Shown here piece after piece: positions 1 through 10,367 of a stretch of 21,096 bases of DNA. Origin of the DNA: Ginkgo biloba (taxonomy: Eukaryota > Plantae > Ginkgophyta); assembly GCA_024626585.2 (NCBI GenBank), contig JANKJI020000004.1:167612669-167633764 (forward strand), given 5' to 3'. The notes beneath the pieces were generated by a model. The model worked only from the letters and a program-made list of their open reading frames with translations. It was not told the DNA's origin and made no database searches. Both the position numbers and the translations under genes were made by a program. The number at the start of each line of letters is the position of its first letter. The first letter of the stretch is position 1.

Positions 1-1029
1 TACAAAACTTGCACTTTCACGTGCACCATAGGGATGCTTCTACATCATTTACACTTAAAATAATTAGGCTTAGTAGAAGAAGAAGGAGAGTGATAAGATT
101 ATCTAGCTAGTTATTAAATTGTGAAGCCCTTCTATGGAGTTCCAATAAACTTTTATAATTCTCTCCTCTATAATTATTGAACCAAGTAGTGAAGTGCATG
201 TAAATATCAAGTAGTAGTTATGTACCTATTTTATTCTAGCTTTTTTGTCTCTTAGCTCATTGACATGGCTATGTGCCAACATATCATCATGCCAATGCAG
301 TTGATCTTACTATGCTTAAATGTCTTAAAATCATTTTGGTCATGTTAGGGATTTTTATCCTTAATAGGCTAAAGTTCATGTATGATGATTATTGTAAGCT
401 TAAAGTATGCATTAATAACAAGGGTTCCCTTGTGGCCACTTTAAATTTTCCCAAACTTTAGATGATTTCGCTATCTTTCTTCTACAATGCTTACACCATT
501 AGGTAGTTTAATTATGAATCTCTATTATAGGGAGTTTTCAAGAGAATCAAGCTAATGTATTTTCATGTTTTATCGCTATGGATAATTTTTTTGAAGATGA
601 GTTATTGCTTGAGTTTATGTATATTATTTTTCACACTTAAATTCATGGTGATCACCCCCGTCGGGTCTAGGTTTTGTTTTCATTTTATGTTAGTCATTAG
701 ATCCTTCTGCTTAAATCCTATCTAACCATATTCATTAATGTAAGTTTCTTAGTGTCAAGCTCAACTTTACTCCATTAGGTCAAATCAAGCATAATTTCAA
801 CCCTAACACCAAATCTCACCTCTGACACAATGTCTCCTTGTTGTATTAGCTTTTCCATTATTAGGCTTCAGAATTGATCTAATTGTATTTATTGGACTTG
901 AGTTGAACCTTAACACTTAGTCAATTTACCTTACAAACTTTTGTTTATGTTGGATCTAAACTCAATGTGCTCGAACCCCTCAGACCTAAGGTATATCCTG
1001 AGGTTAGATATATTAGGAATAGATATCAA

Positions 1030-1732
1030 TGTTATGAGTGTCACATAATGTGTGAAATAAATAGATTAGAATTAGTGATTTATTATATTCAATAAATCAA
1101 TAATTAGTTGGTAGTTGGTTAAAGGGTGGTTCAATTTCATGAGAATATATGGTTTAAATTGGAAAGTCTCAGATTGCTTGAGATAGTAGTTTGTATTGAT
1201 AGTCACGTTAATACAAATCTTTCTCATTTGTATTCTCTCCATATGGTATCAGATCTATTGTGAAGAAAACTTGGAGCATGGAGAAGATATGAATATTGGA
1301 GAAACCTGAAGAAATTTACGGGTGATTTTTTACAAGCAAGAAATTTGGGAGGAGGTGAAGTTGTGTGAGAGAGAATTCAGTCATCCATTTGTTGGAGAAT
1401 ATTATTTGTTTGAAGAAGACCAAGTTATAGATTTGAAGAACCAAAGTTGTGAGATTAAAGAAGACTAAGTTGTATATCTAAAAGAAGTTAATCTTTTTTA
1501 GAAGATAATGCTACATAAAGTAGAATGCCGAGGAGAAAAGAAGACATAAAAGTTATATCCAAATGATTTGATGATAGGAAGTGGATTTTGTAGGTGAGAT
1601 TCCTTGGTATATAGATCAAACTTTGTGCTACTATGGTGAGACACATTAGAAGTGAGGCACACTGACCATGGAGCCTAGAAAATGTAACACCCAAAGAAGA
1701 AAAGATGTAGGCTAGTGTAGATTTGTAAGAAA
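1030..1732 (+). mobile_element. LTR retrotransposon 5' end: short LTR, tRNA-iMet PBS and decayed internal region
   Basis: TG...CA bounded segment (TGTTATGAG at 1030, CTCCA ending 1241), then 2 nt, then TGGTATCAGATC at 1244-1255 (11/12 match to the canonical PBS TGGTATCAGAGC). A purine-rich internal region runs into the gap at 1733. The LTR start is tentative. Confidence 0.6.
1409..1487 (+). repeat. Degenerate tandem repeat, about 22-24 bp, 3-4 copies
   Basis: Units TTTGAAGAAGACCAAGTTATAGA / TTTGAAGAACCAAAGTTGTGAGA / TTAAAGAAGACTAAGTTGTATA / TCTAAAAGAAG. Confidence 0.65.
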
Positions 1733-2599
1733 NNNNNNNNNNNNNNNNNNNNNNNNNNNNNNNNNNNNNNNNNNNNNNNNNNNNNNNNNNNNNNNNNNNN
1801 NNNNNNNNNNNNNNNNNNNNNNNNNNNNNNNNTGCAAATATCAAAGAGGTTATCTTCAAAGTTTTGAAGGTAACTCCAAACACATATGTTTGCACATTAC
1901 TTGGATAGTTTCATTCAAATCAATAAGGTTTCCCACTCCTTTAACCTTCGCTTACATACTTGCATTTGTTGTAATTCAGTTTATAAATTTTCTCGAAAAC
2001 AACATATTTATTAGCAAAACCATGCACTGATAGGTTCACTACGTCTATATTTTTGTTTATTTACATAAAAAGATAATTTCTTTTGAGATCCTCTTGTGGA
2101 AGCAACTAATGTTTCTGTTTGCGGTCAAACGTTACCTACCCTCCTGCCTTGTTTGTAGTATTTGGACATTTGATTATCCAAATTCTCCTTGCGAGAGCCA
2201 TCTCAGTTCATTTTCTCATTTGTGACAATCCTCGACGTCCTTACATTCTAGGCTATGATGCTTGCTTTTTCCATTATTGACCATAGTAGCAAGGTTCTCG
2301 AACCCAATTGACTTGGTATCGGAATCGGGTTCTTGAACTTGGTTTGCGAATTGAGTACTCAAACCCAATTTGGGGTCTTGGGTTTGACATTGTTTGAAAA
2401 TCATTGTTAGTAACTTATATTTAGATGTCAAACTTTGGTCAAGGAATATTTTAGACTGCAAGATGAAGATTCTTGTTCCTCAGTGGTGAATTTTAGACAA
2501 TTGGAGGCAAATATGAAATTTGTTTCCAAATATCTGTACATGTATATGTTGACGAACCCAATTCTTGCAAACTCGGCTTTTCAATATGTCAGACCTAAA

Positions 2600-2629
2600 C
2601 TTGCACTTGCACTTGATCTTGTACTTGCA
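2600..2629 (+). repeat. Degenerate hexamer array (CTTGCA)x5, possibly part of a MITE-like remnant
   Basis: CTTGCA CTTGCA CTTGAT CTTGTA CTTGCA followed by CCCACGAACCC. Confidence 0.6.
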
Positions 2630-3838
2630 CCCACGAACCCTAGTAATTTTACTGGCTATCATGGGGAGCCATGCTCGTGCTGTTATTGCTGGCCACAAAC
2701 ATTTTCCTTTTCCTATATTTTTGGACTCTATGTTTATTTTTGTTCACTAGACTGTTAAATTATGTAAAACATAACAGTGTCAAGAGCTTCAAAGGATTCA
2801 CTACTTTGAAAGTGCTAGTTAGTGTTTGGATTCATGATTCTTTCTTCTTTTGAGAGCAGTTCATTTGGGTTTAGAAAAGGAATTGACTTTGGAGTGAGGA
2901 GCTTGTGAATTTCTTCTTTAGTTGCTTCGATATCCTATTTTAGTGCATGAAAGTGGTTTGTGTTTGTATTAGTGTTTTCCATTTGTCTCATTTGGGAAGT
3001 TTGTTTTTCCCTTCACCAAATCCCAATTGTCTATTTCATTTGACTAAATATTATCCTTGCATGTTTCTTTCCTTCAACCACTTTCCTTATTTATCCGATC
3101 ATATTATTTTCTTTCCATTTCTTGTTCATATAGCAGAATGTAGTTTCCACTTTTGTTGTTATGTGTACATTTCCATCTTGTTCTTGGTAGACCCATTGTT
3201 CTTTTGTATTACCGTGGGGAGAGCCTCTAGTTTCTTTATCTATTTGTTTTGCATTACCATTTTGAGCAAAATGTAAAAGGAGGAAATGTTATCATTTTTA
3301 TTAAGTAAAAAATGTAGCAACAAATTTCTTTGCTTGCCACATCAAAATCTCTAAAGAAGTAGATTCTCCACTCCAAAGCAAAGTTGTAGATCTATCTGTC
3401 ATCTTCGCAACGCACCAATGAGCAACCAAAATAGAGTTACGGTTGGAAAGTTATGGCTATTTTACAACAGTCTGCCCTTATTTTTGGTAGAATTGTAGAT
3501 GGATTTAGCTGGGAAACTAAACTGTTCATTTCTCCTATTGTATTTTTAATATAAAGAATGAAGATAGAGAACTTGAGTCTCCTTGGATGGTGTATTCGTG
3601 CATGCAAAAGTGGACAGCAAAGAGAAGCAAAGTGCCTCATCCTACCAAAGCATAATTAGAGTCTGTTACATGTTTCATAGCATAATTCGAGTATGCTAGA
3701 GGACAAGGCTTCATATTTCTATATGCAGTACTAATTTTNNNNNNNNNNNNNNNNNNNNNNNNNNNNNNNNNNNNNNNNNNNNNNNNNNNNNNNNNNNNNN
3801 NNNNNNNNNNNNNNNNNNNNNNNNNNNNNNNNNNNNNN

Positions 3839-5130
3839 TTAGGAGACATTCTTTCAAGGTCTTCGAAGACACTTGCATACTTATGAAGTATGCCATCAAG
3901 TTGTCTTTGTTGTGCTACATCTTGGACAGTTGAATTTGCATAATTTGCAAGAGTTGTGTCATTCAATCATCAAGGTGTATTTGGTGTTGGTCTAGGCCTT
4001 TCTCTAAACGACCATCTCGCTCACTTTCATCTTCTTCTGTAGATCTTTCGGGCCATTCACGTTAATCTCCTCCTAACCTCTTGCTCGATTGAGCTTCTTC
4101 TTGAGCTCATTAAGTTGGTTAGTTCTCATATATGTTAGTAACAATGGATTTTGTAGTTACTCTCCTTCTTGGTATTTGGAACAAGTTCAAACCATTCAAG
4201 ATTTAAATCATCACTCAAGTAGTATTGAATCTATGGGTATGATATCAAAATATAATTAAGACTTAAGAATTGTTTGTTTCCCAGTATTAGAAAAACTAGG
4301 GTCTAATACCAAAATATGATCCAGAACCCAAAATGTGCAGAACAGGAGTAAGTTTGAATTTTTAAAAAATCACATTCGCAAGTAAAGATCATATTTATAA
4401 CATATTACTTAAGTAAAGCAACAATGAATTGTTCTTTATATAAAATATATGGGTGGAATCACAACCCACAAATCACAGAGTTCTTTATCCCTTGAAATGG
4501 GATTAAAAATCAGAGTACACAAGAATGTTGCATCATCCAAGGATCAACTCGCATTTGTATATAGATTTGGAAGCTAAATTGCTTGGAAAATCGTAGGCTA
4601 TCGCCAAGAACATAGAAATTGGAATCGTAAGATTTTGCTTGGTGAAGAAAAACACAGGAAGTCTCAACTTGAAAAATCTAAACCCCCTACTTCTGAGCTC
4701 TCGAGAGCTTTTATCCTCTCCAAAGGCAACTCTTGAATCAATTATAAAAACTGTTTGTTTCAATTTCTTGAAGTTGGTTGATGTAGCATTTCGTAGCCTT
4801 TTTGCCATGTCGTAAATTTTTAATAGTTTCTTGCGACTTAGGTAATCTTTTGCAATAGTGCATATTTGGCATTGCTTGGTGCTTGTTGCGTCACTTTCGA
4901 CCATATCGCAGTTGTTTGGCTATTGTTCGCGATATTGGTTTTTTCATGCGACGGTGAATCTTGAGTCATTTGGCACTTATGGTGTCACTTTGACCATATT
5001 GCAGCCTTTTGGGTATTGTTTGCGATATTGGCTTTTTCATGCAATGGTGAATCTTTAGCGCTGATATGATGGTGAATCTTTAGCGTTGCTAGGAACTTAT
5101 CACGTCACTTTGACCATATCATATCATTTT
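3839..5130 (-). mobile_element. Decayed Ty3/Gypsy-like LTR retrotransposon fragment
   Basis: GGTCTAATACCA at 4300-4311 is 10/12 to the reverse-complement PBS GCTCTGATACCA, with LTR-like DNA to its right. The minus-strand peptide ILHKYASVFEDLERMSP (about 3840-3890) resembles the protease-RT linker (LL.EF.DVF.EP.GLPP) of Ty3/Gypsy pol. Boundaries are approximate. Confidence 0.5.
4890..5120 (+). repeat. Tandem repeat of about 94 bp (two copies plus the start of a third) with a nested 25-bp-period duplication
   Basis: GTCACTTT(C)GACCATAT starts at 4890, 4984 and 5104. ATGGTGAATCTTTAGCG occurs at 5044 and 5069. Confidence 0.85.
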
Positions 5131-5999
5131 CTTGCTTTTTACTAAACTGGCACATTCTTGCGATTCGGTGACTTCTTTGTGACTTGGGCAAATTGTTGCG
5201 ACGAGCACTTTTATTAGTAGAAAATCATAGAACTTTAAGATTTCAAACTGAAAATAGGTCTTACGGTTCTTCCAGGCTGCAAAGCCTAGACATTCGCCAG
5301 GGGCATTCCCCTTGAACCTTGCAAAGCAGAACCTAGAAAAACATTGGAAAATTGGGTACCAAATCTGGCTATTGAATGGGGCCAATTTTAAGACCATTTT
5401 TGTGGCTTATTCATGAGATTATCAACTTCTTGCCACTTCTGAAATGGAAGCTGACAAGTGTCCTTCCTCTTTAGTTCCAACCCGAATCATCTAGATGCAA
5501 TGGAACCTATATCTTGGGGACCTGTTGGATAAGGTGCTGAAACAGTGTTGGAGCATTGGAGTCTACATTGCCTTCAGAGACTTGGCCATCAGTTAAACTA
5601 TCTTTGGCATCTGATGTTCTATAGGGCAATTGTAACTTTCTGCAGTTCCTCCTTTGTTCACAAGTTTACTTGCTTATCTTTGAATGGTTGTTGATGCTTT
5701 TCGCTTTGATCCTTATTGTAACCAATAGATGCCTAAACATCTCTTTCTTTGTAATTTTTTTGCAACATAATGAGCTAGAACTGCTTTTATAACATCATTG
5801 TTTAGGGTGGTTCTATTGAATTTCCTTTATTGGATCAAGATGCTGTTTCCTGTTGTCATTGTTGTTCTTTCCCTTTTATATAGATATTGGCAAGAGCAAG
5901 GCCTATCATGGTAGACCAAAATTGCTATCAGCTTGGATACATTAAATTGCTTGCTAATAAGTCTGCCCATGCTATTGTTTTTCTGCAGGACCAAAGACA

Positions 6000-6188
6000 A
6001 TGGGGCAAGCATTATGCTGTGTACAAGTTGAACAGTCGACAGTGGCCATGAAAGAAAGATTTGGACGGTTTGAGGAAGTCCTTGATCCGGGGTGTCATTT
6101 TGTGCCTTGGTGCTTTGGTAGCCAAATTGTAGGTCGTCTTTCCTTGCGAGTACAGAAACTGGATGTACGCTGTGAAACGAAGAGCAAG
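6000..6188 (+). CDS. HIR: HIR (SPFH/band-7) first coding exon, copy A
   Basis: Translates [63 protein letters not shown], matching the plant HIR N-terminus I recall (MGxxxCCVQVDQSTVAIKE.[36 protein letters not shown]). Acceptor TTTTTCTGCAG ends at 5988, with a CTAAT branch-like motif at 5954-5958 and an 11-nt leader. Donor AAG|GTATAT at 6188/6189, phase 0. Confidence 0.9.
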
Positions 6189-7453
6189 GTATATGGTTGT
6201 TTTTATAGGGTTTCATGCAACTTAATCTTCAAGGCTAGAATCCTTGAATGTATACTTTAGATCACTATTTGTTTTGAAGGCTTAATAAGCAATTGCAGCT
6301 GCTAAGGTAGTGTCGCTATTTATTGTGACTGCTGACAATTTTGTTTTAGTTTAGTTCAAGAAAGCGAGTTTTGTTCATTATATTTTTCATGGCATTAATG
6401 CTACTGTTGTTAGNNNNNNNNNNNNNNNNNNNNNNNNNNNNNNNNNNNNNNNNNNNNNNNNNNNNNNNNNNNNNNNNNNNNNNNNNNNNNNNNNNNNNNN
6501 NNNNNNNNNNNNNTTGCCTCTTAAGGAAATGGGAGTCATGGTTGGTTTTCTGGAAGGTTCTTGAGTACTGAACTTTGAAGTTTAATAGAACCACTTTTTT
6601 CTTTCAAAAAGGAGAGAAAGAAGATGGGGATGTGATAGAGTGTTCCAGTTAATACAAAGGGTTTACAGCTTCAAGTAGATTTTTCTTTAGATACAGACTC
6701 TAGAGTCTATCTATTGGGAGTGTGGTGTGTTCTTGATGCTGCATATTTGATGCACTGTTCACAGCCTCTAGTTGCAACTATCATGGAATGATCTTTGGTC
6801 GGAAGAAGATTGAGCTGTCTGTCTTCAGTTGCAACAATATAGATAATCTTCAGTGGCAGCAGGTTGCCAGTCGCANNNNNNNNNNNNNNNNNNNNNNNNN
6901 NNNNNNNNNNTGCATTAGTGTCTAGTCACAACACCTCACTTGGTCGCTATGCAGCATATTATACTTCAGTCATCAATATTTAAGGAAAACTAGTTGTAAT
7001 TAGATAAAATGAAGGATAAACAAATGAAGATGACTCTTTGTATAGCCATTATGAAAAGACATGCAAAATGTATTTATATCAAGTTATCAATGTAGACAGG
7101 CATCCATCTGTTCATTGACTGTATTCTTATCTATGTATGTATTTATGATGTACTCTGATTGGAATATAAGATAATCCATTTTCCAGACTTCAACCTCGAG
7201 ATTCCTAAAGGATGCCATGCGGTGTTGGTGAAAGCAACACGGCATGTCTCCTCTTCACATGGCAAGGGTATGCTTGCAATCATGTTCTCTGCACATACTC
7301 ATTGGCAGTTGGTTAACCTTGCTGGAGCAGACTGCAGAAAACATGTTCTCTAGTTAATTTGTCTTTGAGTACTTCCATTTGCAAATTCTCTGGTTGTTTA
7401 TAAAATGGTCATTAAATCCAGTTATGTTGTTGCGTGGATGTAGAATAAGCAAT

Positions 7454-7642
7454 ATGGGGCAATTATGTTGCTGCATACAAGTAGAACAGTCGTCAGTGGC
7501 TATGAAAGAGAGATTTGGACGCTTTGAGGAAGTTCTTGAGCCAGGATGCCATTGTCTGCCTTGGATTTTTGGGAGCCAAGTAGGAGGGCACCTTTCGTTG
7601 CGCGTACAGAAGCTGGATGTGCGCTGTGAAACAAAGACCAAG
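7454..7642 (+). CDS. HIR: HIR (SPFH/band-7) first coding exon, copy B
   Basis: Translates [63 protein letters not shown]. Likely acceptor TGTAG ends at 7443 (10-nt leader). Donor AAG|GTATAA at 7642/7643, phase 0, followed by a 289-nt intron to the next exon. Confidence 0.93.
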
Positions 7643-7931
7643 GTATAAGATCTTTTTCTATTTTAGGATTTAGTACAAGCAGGGCTTAATTGAAAAATTC
7701 AGTCTATATGTGCTCTTGATGGTACCAATCTTTGTGTTTAACGAGCTTAATTTTTCCCAGCAAAGTGGGCATCATATTTGAAAATAAAATGAAAATCAAG
7801 CTTAGTCTACTTAAAAAATGTGAAAACTGTAAGCATTGTTGGAATTTCCTATAGTGTCTTGAGCTAGGTGGATGGATATTAGATGTTTTTAGTGAAACAT
7901 GACCTTACTTGGAAATTATGTGATGTTGCAG

Positions 7932-8052
7932 GATAATGTGTTTGTGACAGTGATTGCATCTGTGCAATACCGTGCCCTTTTAGATAAAGCAAGTGATGCC
8001 TTTTATAAGCTCAACAATACAAGGGAGCAAATTCAAGCCTATGTCTTTGATG
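7932..8052 (+). CDS. HIR: HIR second coding exon
   Basis: Acceptor GTTGCAG ends at 7931. Reads [40 protein letters not shown] plus one G, the canonical HIR continuation after ETKTK. Donor G|GTAAAT at 8052/8053, phase 1. Not in the ORF track. Confidence 0.95.
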
Positions 8053-8747
8053 GTAAATTTTAGAATATAAACACTCTCCCTCTATCTCAGACGTGTTGTT
8101 TACCAGTAGAAGAAGTTTGCACAAAGCGAAGTCTGAATACTCTTTCCTAGCAATTCTCTCTACTGATCACTGTGTTTCACAGATTAGGGTTTCTCTCTGC
8201 CAAATTTAATAGATTTATGACTGTTCTTTTCCTATTTCCTGAAAATTGAATTCTTGAATTAAATAGGCGAATAAGTGTGTGTGTGTTTCAAATTTAGTTA
8301 GGGGGTCATAACTACTCCCCTCCTCATAGACCTCATTGTTTTAGTTCAATCAAAGAACTCTGGAAGCTTCTATGGGATGAGAATGTTTCCATGTATTTAC
8401 ATTTCTTGAATGTTTTCCCAGTTGGTGAGGAACTGGTGCAAAATGCTGTTTCTAGGTTCTTTTCATGTCAAATTGTTATTTTCTCTAGATTAAATTGTAC
8501 TTCACCTTTTTCATCCAAAATTTGTAGCTCTTGGGCCAACGTTTTTATCATTGATTTGCGAAATTCATCATGAGTCCTGATGGTTGCTGAAAGCTTCAAC
8601 CTGTGAGTTCTTTAGCCAATTTTGTAATTGCTTAAAAGGATCTGAAATACCTAAGCTTGAAGTTTCTTCATTGACTATACTCTAAGTGAAAAAAAAACAA
8701 AAACAAAAAAACTCAGCATCTACTTTGTTATGAACCTAAACCTTATT

Positions 8748-8860
8748 TTAGGTCATATGCATATCAGTCACAGATAATGTAGATGAGTAACTAATCAGAT
8801 GTGTTAGGTCACATGTATATCAGCCAGGGTCAATGTAGATGAGTACCTAATCAGATATAT
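8748..8860 (+). repeat. 56-bp tandem duplication, possibly inside a solo LTR (about 8726-9037)
   Basis: TTAGGTCATATGCATATCAG...AATGTAGATGAGTAACTAATCAGAT at 8748 and TTAGGTCACATGTATATCAG...AATGTAGATGAGTACCTAATCAGAT at 8804. The surrounding segment starts TGTTATGA (8726) and ends TCGTAATA (9037), an imperfect terminal inverted repeat; no TSD seen. Confidence 0.8.
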
Positions 8861-10367
8861 CAGGACTCTTACCCATGGAGCTTTAATCAATCAATCGGGA
8901 TCTTATTAGCTTGCAGATTTGATTAGGCTTTTAGTGTTGATGAGGGAAAGGTGGATAAGGTCACTATTCTTGGTTCAGTTTTATGAGGGTGTTTTGTTAA
9001 TATAGCTAGCACGAATATTTCCCAGGATCTCGTAATAATAACTAAAAACTGCGAAAAAAGAAATTTGTTGCACATTTGGAACTTTGCCTGAGTCGAACTA
9101 CTTGGACTGCTGTTTAACTATTATAAACAATACTGAGCTGAACATTTGAGTAAATGAGATACATGTTCTCTGGTATGACTCTCATCTGTGCCCTGTTTTC
9201 TGTTCGTAGAGTGATCATCACCTAGTGTATCGGTAGGCTGGCATTTTATAGTGTCTGCACCTGCTATTTAATAGAGTTCAGGGAATGAGTAGAGCAACTG
9301 GCCATTTTCTTACAGCATTGCTTTTAAGAAGCTGATGGCCAGTCATGCAATTGTTTCATCATCATAGAGAATAAGGTGGCACGGAGAGAATTATTTTATG
9401 ATCAATTTCTATATTATTGCAATTCTATGTTCATCGCAGACCAAGTAGCTGCAAGCTTTACACAAGTAGCCCCTAGGCTTAGTATGTCCTGCATGAGATT
9501 TTAACTCTCGCCATTTGGTGAAAGGGATTGCTCTTCACCAGTTGGACTTAACTGTGGGGACTTGAAGTTAGTCACTCATTAAGTCATCTTTGTCAAGTTT
9601 TTGTTTCTTGAAAAAGATGCTTGCTTTAGTCTGAGCTTCTTGATTACAAGCAGCACAATTGAAGCTAAAGCTAGATTATGCTATTCTGTGGAGACAAAGG
9701 TTTTAATGACTGCCTAATAGAAATTTGTACTCGTACTTGAAGCATTCTAAGTAAATGCTTCTGGCTATTTAAACACACAGAATTTCTGGTTATGGTATCT
9801 TCTAACCAGATATCTATGACATGGAGGTTAAAATGATCAATTGAAACAGCTTAGAATCAAATTACTTGTCATCGTGCAAGGGGATTTAGAGATTTGCATC
9901 CGTTCTCTTTTCCATGGTTTGGCCTGCTAACAGGATAACTTCCATTATATCCCCAATGTTCCATCATAGCTTGTTTTGTGTCTAATTAAATTTCAAATTT
10001 GTTGGAACTTTAATTGTGTTCTAGCAAAGTGATCATTAGGTATTGAGTTTAGAACCTGACAAGGAGTTTGAGTGTGTGTTATCCTTTTCTTGATCAAGGG
10101 ATCAAGGTGCCTTCCGTTTATAAGGACTATATTCTAAAGCTTAGGAACATTGGTTTCTTCAGAATTCTAGGATGCGTAACATGTCACCTGCATGTATCTA
10201 GCTCTCCATGGCAAGAATCATGAATAGAAACAAACACTCTGAAGAATATCTCCTCGAGTAAGTGCTATTCATGCATAGTAGCATGCACAGCAAATACACT
10301 ATATCACAAATGTTGCCCATTGATTGACATTCACATGAACACTCATTTTATGACATTGAAGGACTTA

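Noticed and set aside
1-1000. ORF 273-461 and the AT-rich region as a gene or DNA-transposase relic
   Set aside because: No recognisable motif or splice structure on either strand.
1627-2291. 12-bp inverted match TGCTACTATGGT / ACCATAGTAGCA as TIRs
   Set aside because: Short, separated by an unsized gap, no TSD; probably chance.
6189-6260. ORF-track extension of exon A (VYGCFYRV...) and the upstream extension of exon B from 7379
   Set aside because: Read-through into introns; HIR similarity starts at the ATG and ends exactly at the GT donors.
7159-7353. ORF containing LEIPKGCHAV, reminiscent of HIR VLEPGCH, as a third exon copy
   Set aside because: Similarity is limited to about 4-5 residues and does not extend either way.
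6000-7642. Exons A and B as two alleles assembled in tandem
   Set aside because: 12 aa changes, 16 synonymous codon differences and unrelated flanking introns are far beyond allelic divergence. A separate-paralog explanation is not excluded because of the gap.
8171-8215. CACAG|ATTAGGGTTTCT (IRVS) as HIR exon 3 (VIRAS)
   Set aside because: Wrong phase: the phase-1 join gives GAT TAG, a stop, and there is no further similarity.
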